From a virus, in IMG/VR virus record IMGVR_UViG_3300006143_000014, positions 1 to 55,920 of that record: DNA of 55,920 nt, one strand, 5' to 3'. Shown here piece by piece: positions 24,626-34,008 of this stretch. The translations under genes and the position numbers were made by a program. Under the pieces are notes generated by a model that did not search any database, was not told the origin of the DNA, and worked only from the letters and a program-made list of their open reading frames with translations. Each line of letters starts with the position of its first letter. Position 1 is the first letter of the stretch.

Positions 24626-27600
24626 TCAGGTATTTTGCAGCGACTTTCCGTACATCATGTTTCGCCGGTTCTGCATGGCCGTGGTCTGCGCGGCGGCCTT
24701 GGCCCAGTCGATACTGATGGGCCGGTCGCCGTTCTCGTTGATGGCGTTCACAATCATTTGGCCCACTTGCTGCCCCATCGCAAGCATAGCGTTTATGATG
24801 TCAGAATTGTTCGCATCTTGGTCTCCCTGGCCGGACACATTGATTGAATCTGCATTTGCCCCACCATAGACGGGCTGAATAGAAGCAAAGAAATCTTCGT
24901 GAGCAGAGAGCTTGGGTTCCACTGGCTCGATGTTCCCCAGGGCGCGGGACATGGAATCGGCCAGGTCGTTGGCGGCGTTCACCGCCAAGTAGCTGTTGTC
25001 CCGAATCCCGCTTGCCATCAGCTTGAGCATATCGGGCATATAGGTGTGGAAGTCGCTCAGCGGGCCCACGTCCGGCTCGGAGAAGTGAACGCGGTCACGA
25101 ATGCTCTGCGCAAGGGCGGTTGCCGCTCCGGCCACCGCGCCTTTTGCGACTCCCTGCATACCAGCGGCAAGACTCTTGCAGATGTCCTCGCCCCAGCCTG
25201 TAGCTTCCTTTATAACGTCTTCCATGGGGCGTCGTATGCTGTCCGCGACGCCTTCAAAATCAATGCCCGCCTGCGTCTGAATTTCCTCTGACTTTCCATG
25301 AACTTCGTCTTTCAGCTCCCCCATCAACCGCCCGGTCTCCGTGTTGGTTTCGCTGAATGCACTTGTAATGGTTTTCTTGACCTCTCCAAACTGCGTCCCG
25401 GCGTCAGTATTGATTCCGCCCCAAGTTGTTCCCAAGTCAGTCCTGATGCCGTTCCATTTGGTATTGGTTTCAACGCTGGTTCCGTCCCATGCGCCGATAA
25501 CAGCTCCTTTTACTGACGCAAACTGTATCACGGCGCTGGTATTGATGCCCGTCCAAGCAGCCTCCAGATTGTTTTTGATGAAGTTCCACTTTCCGTCCGT
25601 TTCTGTATTAGTTTCTTCCCACGCTTTTCCTATTTCGTTTTTCGTGTTTCCAAATTTTTCTGTTGCATTTCCCGTTATTCCATCCCAGATTGCGCCAAGC
25701 CCCTCTGTGATAGTTCCCCACGGGTCCAGGATGAAGCCTCTCAGCCCTTCGACTGCGCCGCTAAAGAAATCAATGATTCCCTGCCATCCCTCTTTGATGC
25801 CCTCGAGAATGCCGGCGGAGATATTTATCCCGACATCATTTTTCATGACCTCCGACGGCGAGTGGATTCCGAACAGCCCCTTAATCGCAGACATGAACAG
25901 ATCGAAGATATTCCGCTTAATCCATCCTCCGATGCCGCCGCCTGCCTCAAATTCGGCCCAGATGCCGTCCCAAAGGCCCTTGACGATGTTCGCGCCCACT
26001 TCCATAATCCCGGAAACGTCGATGACTTTCATCTTGGCGCTCATAAATTCGCCCAGGAGCTGCCCCCACTTGGTCAGCAGCGTGTCCCAGTCGATGTTTT
26101 CCAGGAACTCGGCGATGTGCTTACCGATGGAATCCCAGTCCACCTTCTGCATGAACTCGATCATGAAGTCCAGGGCGGCTTCGATCCCCTTGCTCAGCAC
26201 CCGGCCCGTCTCGGCCCAGTCTATCTTGTCAAAGAACTCGTTGACCTTTTGGGCAATCCCCGCGGCGATTTTCTTTATGTTTGGCCCAATCGTGTCAATC
26301 AGCCCGCCCAGCGCGCCCACGGCGGCGTTGATGCCCGCCGCAATCACATTGGTCAGCCCCGCGAACACCGCAACCCAGTCAATGCCGATGAGGAAATTCC
26401 CGATGTCCCGTCCGATCTGCGGCCAGTCGATGTGGGAAATGATCTCCACCGCGAACTTCAGCGCCGTAACCACCAAATTGCCCAGGGTTTTCCCCAGTCC
26501 GGGCCAGTCCACGTCATTCCAAGCCCTGTTGATCGCCTCATAGACCTGCCGCGCCATATCCTCCCAGTTCCAGTCTTGCAGGAAGGAGTCGATGGCCTGC
26601 TTCAGCGCGGCCAGCCCGTTTGTGATGATGCTCAGCGCCCCGTAAATGGCCCCGTACCAGTCCACATTGTTCAAAAACTCGGCCAGCTTCGCGCCCAGAA
26701 CGCCCCAGTTGGTTTCCGCAATGGCGGTGCTGATGGTGTCAAACAGGCCGGTGATGAACTTGGAGACCGCCTCCGCCGCCCGTGTGGCGTCCAGCTCGTC
26801 CAAAAATCCGTTGATGGCCCGGGCGATGTCCATCCCAATCTCGTGCCATTTCAGCGTCGTGGCAAAGCCGTAGATGAAGTCGAACAGCGCGTTCCACTCC
26901 GCGGCGAAGGTCCTGCCCAGAAGATCCCAGTCCACGGTGTCAAAAATGCCGTTCAGCCCGTCGGCCACCTTGCTACCCAGGTTCTCAAAATCGAACTTGT
27001 CCAAAAAGCCGTAGGCCACGTTCAGTCCGTTGTTGATGAGCGTGCCCAGCTTTTCTCCCCAGGCGTAGGAATCCCAGGCGTCCACCACTTTGTTGAGCTT
27101 TTCCGCCACCAGCTCGCCCACGGACCGCCATTCGCCATTCTCAATGGCCTCCCGAATCTGGCGTACCCAGTCGAACTGATCCTGGTCAATCTCCACTTCC
27201 TCGAACATGGAGCCGAAATCAGAGGCCGCGCCCCCGCCGCCCCCGGCGGGGTTGTCCAGAATGGTCAGCTCGTCGATGCCCAGCAGGAATTTTTGGGTGG
27301 CCTTGGCCGCGGCGTTGGCCGCGTCGCCGTACTCCACCGCGTGCTTCTTGGCCTGGGTGTAGACGCTTTTGCCCGTGAGCATGGCAAAGGCCTTGCCAAT
27401 CACGTTGATGAGGGCCACAAACTTGTCAATGAGAAAGTCGATGGCCGGGGCCACCGCCTGGATGAGCGGCGCGGCCATAGCCCCCAGGCTGTTCTTTAAG
27501 TACAGTGCGCTGGTGGCAAGGGAGTTCATGGCCGGGGCGAACTGAGTGCCCACCAGCTTGCTGTACTGGTACAGGTTCTCAATGCCGATTTTGAACCCGT

Positions 27601-28996
27601 CGGTCACCGCCTTGATGGCCTCCCGGACCGCCCGGTAAAAGGCGATGCGGCCAATGGCGCTTTTCCACTTGGCAAATGCGTCCAGCGCATTTTTGAATGG
27701 CCGGGTGAACCTGGAAACCAGCCCCTGCCCGATGGACTTCAGCCCCGCGCCGATTTTGTTCAGCCCGGAGCGCAGCAGGTCTTTCAGCGACGCGGCCAGG
27801 TTCCTTGCCGCGCCAGCCACCGCTTCCAGCCCTTTCTTTGCCACAGAAAAGGCGGACTGGCCCAGCTTTTTCATCTCGCCGCCTATCTTTTTCGCCGCCA
27901 GCACCACGCCGCCCAGGGCCGCCGCAATCACCGGGTGGGCGGCCACAAACCCCAGCGCCTTGCTGGTCAGCCCCTCAAACGCGCCGCCCAGGGCACTGAC
28001 GGACGACTGTGCGCCTTTTGGAATCAATGCCGTTACATTTTTTTCCATCCCGCCCAGCTTTGTTTTTACAATGTCGCTCAGGACATTTTTCAGGCCGTCC
28101 GCCGCCCCTGTGGCGTCCACGATATGGTCCTTCAGCCGCAGCAGGAGGTTTACTTTCTTTTCCAGCGAGGTCTCCGATTCCACCAGCTCGGTCCCGGAGT
28201 CCTGGGCCTGGCCCGCCTCGTCCTGCAACTGCGCAAGCTGTTCTTTCAGCTTTTGTATCTGCGCGGTGTAGGTGGCGACCTGGGACTGGTTTCCCTTCTC
28301 AAAGGCCCCGCGCAGCTTCTCCTGCAAGCCGTCCAGCTTTACATTGAGGATGGCCGCTTGGTCGTTCAGTTCCGCCATCCGGCTGACCGCCTCGTCAATG
28401 CTCTTGGCGTTGCCCACCAGCTCCCCCAGCGTACTGCCCTTGAGCTTGGCCTTGACGCCTGCCCAGGGGTCCTCGGGCCGCTGCGTCTTCTCGGCGGCCT
28501 GGGCCGCGTTCACCGCCACGGCGGAAAGGTGCTCCCGCTGCCGGATCAGCCCGTCTAAAATCCCCTGCTGCTCCCGGAGCTGCTGGTTGAGCTGTTCAAT
28601 CATCTGTGCGCCCTGTTCTTTGTCGTGGGCGAACCCCAGCATTCTGATCTGCTCGTTCAGCTCGGAGATATTGGCCTGGGCCTTTTCAATCTTCTGATTT
28701 ACGCTCTCAATTTTCTCCCCGGCCTTGTCCGCGTCCACGCCGGCCGCCGGGGCCGGATTGACGGAGCCTGCCGCCCGGTCCAGCGCCTCTTTTTTCCGCC
28801 GGACTTTGGTCTGTGCGCCGGCGTCTTCCGCGGCCTCTCCCACGCCGCGAATCTGCTCCGAGATGTTTCCGAATCCGGCGCTCTCTTTTTTCAGCCGCTT
28901 GAGCGCATCGGCAAGGGCGCTGACCTTCTGTTCCGCCTCGCTGGACGACGCCTCGATTTCAATTTCCAGGGTATCGACGGTATTCCCCTCTGCCAT
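24626..28996 (-). CDS. Tail tape measure protein, 1456 aa
   Basis: Size, N-terminal coiled coils, central TM/Gly-rich region, repeated W/F-rich motifs, and position after the G/GT chaperones. Confidence 0.9.
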   Translation of the reverse strand: MAEGNTVDTLEIEIEASSSEAEQKVSALADALKRLKKESAGFGNISEQIRGVGEAAEDAGAQTKVRRKKEALDRAAGSVNPAPAAGVDADKAGEKIESVNQKIEKAQANISELNEQIRMLGFAHDKEQGAQMIEQLNQQLREQQGILDGLIRQREHLSAVAVNAAQAAEKTQRPEDPWAGVKAKLKGSTLGELVGNAKSIDEAVSRMAELNDQAAILNVKLDGLQEKLRGAFEKGNQSQVATYTAQIQKLKEQLAQLQDEAGQAQDSGTELVESETSLEKKVNLLLRLKDHIVDATGAADGLKNVLSDIVKTKLGGMEKNVTALIPKGAQSSVSALGGAFEGLTSKALGFVAAHPVIAAALGGVVLAAKKIGGEMKKLGQSAFSVAKKGLEAVAGAARNLAASLKDLLRSGLNKIGAGLKSIGQGLVSRFTRPFKNALDAFAKWKSAIGRIAFYRAVREAIKAVTDGFKIGIENLYQYSKLVGTQFAPAMNSLATSALYLKNSLGAMAAPLIQAVAPAIDFLIDKFVALINVIGKAFAMLTGKSVYTQAKKHAVEYGDAANAAAKATQKFLLGIDELTILDNPAGGGGGAASDFGSMFEEVEIDQDQFDWVRQIREAIENGEWRSVGELVAEKLNKVVDAWDSYAWGEKLGTLINNGLNVAYGFLDKFDFENLGSKVADGLNGIFDTVDWDLLGRTFAAEWNALFDFIYGFATTLKWHEIGMDIARAINGFLDELDATRAAEAVSKFITGLFDTISTAIAETNWGVLGAKLAEFLNNVDWYGAIYGALSIITNGLAALKQAIDSFLQDWNWEDMARQVYEAINRAWNDVDWPGLGKTLGNLVVTALKFAVEIISHIDWPQIGRDIGNFLIGIDWVAVFAGLTNVIAAGINAAVGALGGLIDTIGPNIKKIAAGIAQKVNEFFDKIDWAETGRVLSKGIEAALDFMIEFMQKVDWDSIGKHIAEFLENIDWDTLLTKWGQLLGEFMSAKMKVIDVSGIMEVGANIVKGLWDGIWAEFEAGGGIGGWIKRNIFDLFMSAIKGLFGIHSPSEVMKNDVGINISAGILEGIKEGWQGIIDFFSGAVEGLRGFILDPWGTITEGLGAIWDGITGNATEKFGNTKNEIGKAWEETNTETDGKWNFIKNNLEAAWTGINTSAVIQFASVKGAVIGAWDGTSVETNTKWNGIRTDLGTTWGGINTDAGTQFGEVKKTITSAFSETNTETGRLMGELKDEVHGKSEEIQTQAGIDFEGVADSIRRPMEDVIKEATGWGEDICKSLAAGMQGVAKGAVAGAATALAQSIRDRVHFSEPDVGPLSDFHTYMPDMLKLMASGIRDNSYLAVNAANDLADSMSRALGNIEPVEPKLSAHEDFFASIQPVYGGANADSINVSGQGDQDANNSDIINAMLAMGQQVGQMIVNAINENGDRPISIDWAKAAAQTTAMQNRRNMMYGKSLQNT

Positions 28997-29053
28997 GCGC
29001 TCACCACCTTGCCGGTTATCTCTCCACTCCAACGGGCCGGAGCTTCCGGCCCA

Positions 29054-29085
29054 TTGGACTGGCGGCGGCGTTCAGCCGCCCCAGT
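29054..29085 (-). repeat. 32-nt conserved hairpin, copy B (just upstream of the tape-measure start)
   Basis: TTGGACTGGCGGCGGC-gttca-GCCGCCCCAGT. The loop contains the gpT-like stop codon. Confidence 0.8.
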
Positions 29086-29485
29086 TCTTTCCCGCCCGCA
29101 TCATCTGGCTCATGTAGAGCCTTGCCTGTAGGCGTTCCTGTTCCTCCCGCGACTCCCGCTCCTGCCTGGTCTCCCGCTTGGGGAAGATGTCATAGGGCTG
29201 GGCGGGGTACTGCGCGGGCGGGTCGCTCTTTTTGCGGAATGCGTTTTGCAGGGCGCAGCACAGCGCGTCGTAGCCGTACACGCCCTGAAGCCACGCCTGC
29301 GTGTTCGTCCGCTCCTGCCTCAGCCGGTCCGCCTCCCGAAACAGCCCCGTTATCCACACGTCCCCGTACCAGTACTGGTCGAAGGTCATGCCGATGGACA
29401 GATAGTAGGGCGCGTCCCGCTGAAACAGCTCTGAGAGTGACCGTGGGCCGCCGGTTACATCTCCACGGTCGCCGTCTCGTTTTTT
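29072..29485 (-). CDS. gpT-like -1 frame ORF of the tail assembly chaperone (G-T fusion)
   Basis: The -1 frame is open from the slippery site to 29072. It also has its own ATG at 29389. Confidence 0.6.
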   Translation of the reverse strand, partial: KKRDGDRGDVTGGPRSLSELFQRDAPYYLSIGMTFDQYWYGDVWITGLFREADRLRQERTNTQAWLQGVYGYDALCCALQNAFRKKSDPPAQYPAQPYDIFPKRETRQERESREEQERLQARLYMSQMMRAGKNWGG

Positions 29486-29820
29486 TCCGCGTCCTCGTCC
29501 ACCTGAATGTTGTTGGCGGTGGCTGCCTGGGTGTAAAGCTCAATCAGCCGCTTCAAAACGCTCTCGGGCAGCCCGCCCCAGGCGTCCATGAACTTGTCCG
29601 TCTTTTCCCGCGCCACGCTGCGGTGCTTCTTGCGGAAGGCGTAGTAGAACAGCTCGGAGATGCGGGTGACGGGGTACACCGGGACCTCCTCCACCTTAAA
29701 GCCCTTGCTCTCCGCAAAGGCCACGCTCTCCCGGCTGAAGTCCAGCTCGTACACATCCTCCGGGTCCTTGATGATGCCCTTATGGTCCGTCAGGCGGATG
29801 GGATTGACTCGTTCGTCCAT
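29455..29820 (-). CDS. Tail assembly chaperone (gpG-like), 121 aa
   Basis: Position between the major tail and tape-measure genes, acidic C-terminus, and a slippery site near the 3' end. Confidence 0.75.
   Translation of the reverse strand: MDERVNPIRLTDHKGIIKDPEDVYELDFSRESVAFAESKGFKVEEVPVYPVTRISELFYYAFRKKHRSVAREKTDKFMDAWGGLPESVLKRLIELYTQAATANNIQVDEDAEKNETATVEM
29479..29485 (-). promoter_or_regulatory. -1 programmed frameshift slippery heptamer A_AAA_AAC
   Basis: gcg gaA AAA AAC gag in the gpG frame. The downstream -1 frame has no stop before the gpT-like ORF. Confidence 0.65.
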
Positions 29821-29833
29821 TTATGTTCTCCTT

Positions 29834-30358
29834 TCAGACTTCCACGTCCTGGCCGCCCTTTTTGGCGGCGCTGTAGCTGGCCCCGGAGGCCGCGGTGGGC
29901 TTCGGCTCCATCACGGGCGCGCTCTGGGGGGTGATGTAAAGGGTGGTCTCCGCCATGGCGTTGACCGCCGCCTCGTTGAAGCTGAGGTTGGCCGGTTCGC
30001 CCACGAAGTACAGCGCCTTTTTCAGTTTGGGATGGACCACGCAGAACCACATCTGCTTGTCCGCCGCCACGGCGGCCTCATAGGCGGCCATCAGGTCGTC
30101 CCAGAAGTCGATCAGGTCGTCGGTCAGGTTCGCGCCGTATTCCAGCGCGCCGCCCAGGTCCTTCAGGCCCTTCACGTAGGTCATGTACTCCGTCTCCAGT
30201 AAAGTGGTGCTTTCGATGGTGTTGGGCGCGGGGTTGAAGCTGGGCATGGATTTCACTTCCGGGATAATCGTATATCCCGTGGTAGGCCGGGTTCCCGCAG
30301 TGGTCTCAACAGCGTACTGCAAAGACATCCCGGCGGTGGATACGCGGGGAGATGCCAT
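29834..30358 (-). CDS. Major tail protein, 174 aa
   Basis: Position upstream of the chaperones, size, and an AAGGAG RBS. Confidence 0.7.
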   Translation of the reverse strand: MASPRVSTAGMSLQYAVETTAGTRPTTGYTIIPEVKSMPSFNPAPNTIESTTLLETEYMTYVKGLKDLGGALEYGANLTDDLIDFWDDLMAAYEAAVAADKQMWFCVVHPKLKKALYFVGEPANLSFNEAAVNAMAETTLYITPQSAPVMEPKPTAASGASYSAAKKGGQDVEV

Positions 30359-30374
30359 AATCAATTCACTCCTT

Positions 30375-30788
30375 TTAGGTTTGGTAGATCATAAATCCTG
30401 TGTCTACGGTGGCTTCATACCGGGCCACCAGCCGGTAAATGGTCGCGTCGGACAGGTTGTCGATGGGCTGCATCATGGTGCGGGTGAAGTTCAGGCCGGC
30501 CAGAATCTCATCAATGAAGGACATGATCTCCTGGGCGTCCTGCTTTTTGTAGCCCACGCGGTTGGTGTATACGTTGACCTCGTACATCACGTTGGCGGCG
30601 TTCTCAATGCGCCTGGTGCTCATGCGGCGAACAACGTAGTTGTCCTTCTCCTCGATGGTCACGGCGGGGAACCGGGCAGGCACGTCGGCGCTCTCGCCGG
30701 ACACCCAGATTCTGTACTGCCCCTTGGCATCCTTGCCGTACTTCTCCCGGAGGGGAACGGCCACGGCGGAAAAAATGTCGTTTTCCAT
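30375..30788 (-). CDS. Tail completion / terminator-type protein, 137 aa
   Basis: Synteny between the connector genes and the major tail gene. Confidence 0.55.
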   Translation of the reverse strand: MENDIFSAVAVPLREKYGKDAKGQYRIWVSGESADVPARFPAVTIEEKDNYVVRRMSTRRIENAANVMYEVNVYTNRVGYKKQDAQEIMSFIDEILAGLNFTRTMMQPIDNLSDATIYRLVARYEATVDTGFMIYQT

Positions 30789-30793
30789 GTCAA

Positions 30794-31336
30794 TCACGGC
30801 TGCCGCCCCCCTTCCCGGAATACTTCCCTTGCCACTTCCAGCAGCTTTTCCCGCATCTCCTTGTCCGCGTTGTAGAACGGCATATAGGGCTTGTTGCCGT
30901 AGGAATGGCCCCAGCCCTGGCCGTCCTTGTCGGTGCGGATGATGAGCCGCGGGTCGTCGGTGGGGAACCACCAGCCCTTGGGGTCGTCCCAGTGGCCGTT
31001 GCCGGGGTAGGTGCCCGGCCCAAAGCCCAGGTCATCGTCCCAGGGGTGGCCCCCGCCGTAGCGGATGCCCGCGCCGAACTCAAAGAACAGCAGTGCGCTG
31101 GACTCGTCCCGCAGGATGTACCGCCCAGGCCCGTCCTCAATCACATCCAGATTTCCGATGGTCTCCCCGCTGAACACGTGGCCGGACATGATGCCGTAGG
31201 CCACAGCGTAGCCCGCGTGGGCCAGCTCCCGGGCAATCCTGTCCGCCATGTCCGGCAGTTTATCCCGGTAGTCCTCCACCTGCCTGATAGCGGCCTGGAT
31301 GGACTCAGGGTTCAGGCTCAACTTGATTTTTTGCAT
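30794..31336 (-). CDS. HK97 gp10-like head-tail joining protein, 180 aa
   Basis: Synteny and an N-terminal helical pattern. Family membership was not verified. Confidence 0.5.
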   Translation of the reverse strand: MQKIKLSLNPESIQAAIRQVEDYRDKLPDMADRIARELAHAGYAVAYGIMSGHVFSGETIGNLDVIEDGPGRYILRDESSALLFFEFGAGIRYGGGHPWDDDLGFGPGTYPGNGHWDDPKGWWFPTDDPRLIIRTDKDGQGWGHSYGNKPYMPFYNADKEMREKLLEVAREVFREGGRQP

Positions 31337-31338
31337 GG

Positions 31339-31641
31339 TTACGCTTCGATAATTCTTTCGATTCCATACTCCTTGGCGCACCGGTTTTCAATGCGACAGC
31401 CTCGCATTTTTTCCCAACCAGGCGCAAAATAAACAACATCAGCTGTGGACAAAAGCTCCAGAGATTTTCCCAGATACCAGAGGGGCTGCGCCTCGGCCGG
31501 TGCGTTCTTGAAAAAGCTGTCGATTACCTCGACTTCCTCTCCCAAAGAATCCCGCGCCGCTTGAATTGCGTTTGCGCGAACCGCCAAAATCTCATCATCT
31601 GTTTTCCCGTTCATGGGCTGAGAAATAAAAAGTTTCTTCAT
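31339..31641 (-). CDS. DUF4406 / nucleoside 2-deoxyribosyltransferase-like protein, 100 aa
   Basis: MKKLFISQPMNGKTDDEI...ADVVYFAPGWEKMRGCRIENRCAKEYG fits the DUF4406 pattern. It is AT-richer than its neighbours. Confidence 0.6.
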   Translation of the reverse strand: MKKLFISQPMNGKTDDEILAVRANAIQAARDSLGEEVEVIDSFFKNAPAEAQPLWYLGKSLELLSTADVVYFAPGWEKMRGCRIENRCAKEYGIERIIEA

Positions 31642-31652
31642 ATTTGCCTCCA

Positions 31653-32093
31653 TTATTTTTCTTGCTCCCCTTGATTTCCACCGGAAGCCGCCCTCGCTTT
31701 CGCCTGTTCAATCTCCTCCTTCTGGGCCTGGTACTGGCTCACTGTTACCTTCTTGATTGCGTACTGGGCAGAGTTCTTCCAGCGGCCCACTTCCTTCACG
31801 ATGTAGTTCCACGGCCCGTCCGTGTCCGCCCCGTCCACCCACAGCACGGCGTTCTCGTCGATGGGACAGTTGGGGTCGGCGGTGGTCATGGTGCGGTCGT
31901 AGTCCTCGGTGGAGCCGAACTGCTCCACCTCGGAGCTGCCCTTGTTGGGGGAGACGCAGAGCATGGCGGATTTCAGGTTGCTGTACTGTGGGATAAATGA
32001 GCCGGTCGGATTGCCGTAGGCGTCGATGATTTCCTCCCGTCCCTCATACAGCTTGTAGAACACGGGCTGTTGGTTACGGAGCAGGCTTCTCAA
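31653..32093 (-). CDS. Head closure / head-tail adaptor-type protein, 146 aa
   Basis: Call rests on synteny only. Confidence 0.5.
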   Translation of the reverse strand: MRSLLRNQQPVFYKLYEGREEIIDAYGNPTGSFIPQYSNLKSAMLCVSPNKGSSEVEQFGSTEDYDRTMTTADPNCPIDENAVLWVDGADTDGPWNYIVKEVGRWKNSAQYAIKKVTVSQYQAQKEEIEQAKARAASGGNQGEQEK

Positions 32094-32274
32094 TTTCAGT
32101 CACCGCCGTTCCAACAAACTCAACTTCTCTTGCAATGATTTCAAGCGTAACCAGCGGAAGTTCTTGCCCAACTTCTCGCTCACATTTGAAACGCCGAACG
32201 CCCTCAATTTCTTTCCCATCTGCGATAATTCTTGTGCATCTTGGATTAGCGTCGATTGTCACCTTCTGAATCAT
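32074..32274 (-). CDS. Small hypothetical protein, 66 aa
   Basis: ORF coupled to its neighbours. AT-richer than the flanks. Confidence 0.45.
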   Translation of the reverse strand: MIQKVTIDANPRCTRIIADGKEIEGVRRFKCEREVGQELPLVTLEIIAREVEFVGTAVTEIEKPAP

Positions 32275-32678
32275 CCCACCACCCCCACCATGGGCACTAC
32301 CTCATTGAGCAGTTCCTGGGAAATCCACTCCGCGCCCCATCCTCTGGAAATTCCGTTTTCGCTGTGACTTATCTGTCCCTCCGCGCCGGTACGGTTGTAG
32401 AGGTCGATGGCGCAGCGGTACTGCAAATCCAGATACCGGGGCTCCAACGCGAAGACGGTCTGTGTCTCCGTTCGTCCCGGCGTGACCACGATGGTCTCCC
32501 CCGTGTCGGGGTTGGTCCCCGTCACGGGGGGGATCGCCACCTCTATTTCCTCAGTGGGCCAGGGCCGGTAGGGGAAGCGGCGGGCCAGAATGGCCGACTT
32601 TGCGCTCTCCAGGCAATCCAGCAGCACCGCGTCATCGGGCTCATTCGTCCGCAGGCGCATCCTTTCCAGGTTCGTCAT
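32271..32678 (-). CDS. gp6-like head-tail connector protein, 135 aa
   Basis: ATG at 32678 lies behind GGAGGAGAG. MTNLERMRLRTNEPDDAVLLDCLESAKSAILARRFPY is typical of this family. Confidence 0.7.
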   Translation of the reverse strand: MTNLERMRLRTNEPDDAVLLDCLESAKSAILARRFPYRPWPTEEIEVAIPPVTGTNPDTGETIVVTPGRTETQTVFALEPRYLDLQYRCAIDLYNRTGAEGQISHSENGISRGWGAEWISQELLNEVVPMVGVVG

Positions 32679-32925
32679 CTGCTCTCCTCCGTCTGCCCCG
32701 GCGGGGCCTCTCCTCAGCGGGCGGTTCCGACTCCTCGGCGGTCTCGTCGGCGGTCTCGTCGGCGGTCTCCTGCTCGTCAGACGTGTTTCCGGCGTCCTCC
32801 GGCTCGTCAATGACCTCCCCGTGCCGCCGCATCTCCTCCGCATCGGCGGGGTCGATTTGTAGCTCCTCCTCTGCCTCGTAGAACCGGCCCTTGTAGCTCA
32901 CTCGGTAATCCGGGATGAACCTCAC
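32641..32925 (-). CDS. Hypothetical protein with acidic repeat tail, 94 aa
   Basis: GTG start after the capsid gene. ETADETADETAEE is encoded by a 12-bp x3 repeat at 32737..32772. Confidence 0.45.
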   Translation of the reverse strand: MRFIPDYRVSYKGRFYEAEEELQIDPADAEEMRRHGEVIDEPEDAGNTSDEQETADETADETAEESEPPAEERPRRGRRRRADDEPGKDAPADE

Positions 32926-32937
32926 GCCCTCGCCCCC

Positions 32938-34008
32938 TTACGCCACTTTCAGCACGGCCACCTCGTCCATGCGCTCGAAGGAGGGCAGCACGATCTCGCT
33001 AGCGATGGTGTTCACATTCACGGGATGGGGGTCCACAATGCGGGTGATGGCAACGCCGTCGTTGACAATAGCCACCTCGGCCTGATTGCTGCCCATCAGG
33101 TCCGCCTCCTCTGGAGTGGTGCCGCGCCAGGTGTTGCCCAGGCTGCCGTCAGGCAGCAGGGACACATAGCCATAGGGCACGAAGGGATGGGCGGTCTTGC
33201 TCTCGTCCCTGTACTGCTTGTCATAGAGGGCGATGTTGATGCCGATGGTGTCCCGGATGATGGCGGCGACCTCCTGACGGGTCAGGTAGCCGATAGACTT
33301 GCCGTTGACGGTCAGGTATCGGTCCTTGATGGCCTTGGCCTTCATCAGCAGATTGAAGGTCTTGGAGTTCATCAGGGCGGTGGTCAAGGTGGTGCCGGTG
33401 GCGGTATTCACGCTCTCCATGGCTGTCTGAAGGGCCACAAAGGGGTCCGCCGTGTCGGGTGCGGTCCACAGGTCCGTGCCGGTCAGGGCGGTGTAGTTGT
33501 TGGTCTTCCAGCTCCCGTCGGGGTCGTAGTTGTAGCTGTAGTCCACGCCGTTGGCCTTGATGGAGATACCAACATCGCCGCCCTCGGGGAACAGCAGGCT
33601 CATGCGCATCCGCTCCGCCACCACCTCAGAGCCCGCGATCAGCTCATTGGCGTCGTCAAACACCCGGTCAATGACGGCCTGGGCGTAGGGGTCGTTGGCG
33701 TCCCGCACCCGAAGCAGCTCCTGCCGGTCCCGCTCCTTAATCTTGAAGCCCTCGCGGAAGAAGGGCATCTCCGTCTCCAGCTTCTCAAAGCCGATCCGGT
33801 CCCGGAAGGTGGCCTTGGCGTCAAAGGCGGAGGGCATCAGGGACACAGGCAGGCCCTTGGAGCCCTTGATAAAGGACAGGTCCAGGCCGGCTTTCTTCTG
33901 GGCGGGGAACAGGCTGGGGCCCACATAGTCCATGTAGTTGGAGGCCACTTCCTCCCACTGGGCGGCGATGGCCGCCGGGGTGAAAAATTCTACCAAGTTG
34001 ATAGGCAT
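32938..34008 (-). CDS. Major capsid protein (protein E-like, HK97 fold)
   Basis: Size, position after scaffold and decoration genes, and N-terminal ...FTPAAIAAQWEE.... Confidence 0.85.
   Translation of the reverse strand: MPINLVEFFTPAAIAAQWEEVASNYMDYVGPSLFPAQKKAGLDLSFIKGSKGLPVSLMPSAFDAKATFRDRIGFEKLETEMPFFREGFKIKERDRQELLRVRDANDPYAQAVIDRVFDDANELIAGSEVVAERMRMSLLFPEGGDVGISIKANGVDYSYNYDPDGSWKTNNYTALTGTDLWTAPDTADPFVALQTAMESVNTATGTTLTTALMNSKTFNLLMKAKAIKDRYLTVNGKSIGYLTRQEVAAIIRDTIGINIALYDKQYRDESKTAHPFVPYGYVSLLPDGSLGNTWRGTTPEEADLMGSNQAEVAIVNDGVAITRIVDPHPVNVNTIASEIVLPSFERMDEVAVLKVA

Noticed and set aside
25341-27499. Plus-strand ORFs of 400 and 545 aa (25341..26543 and 25862..27499) opposite the tape-measure gene.
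   Set aside because: They are shadow ORFs of the 4.4-kb minus-strand TMP gene. They overlap each other, have low-complexity Pro/Ser or Gly/Val/Arg composition, and have no translation signals.
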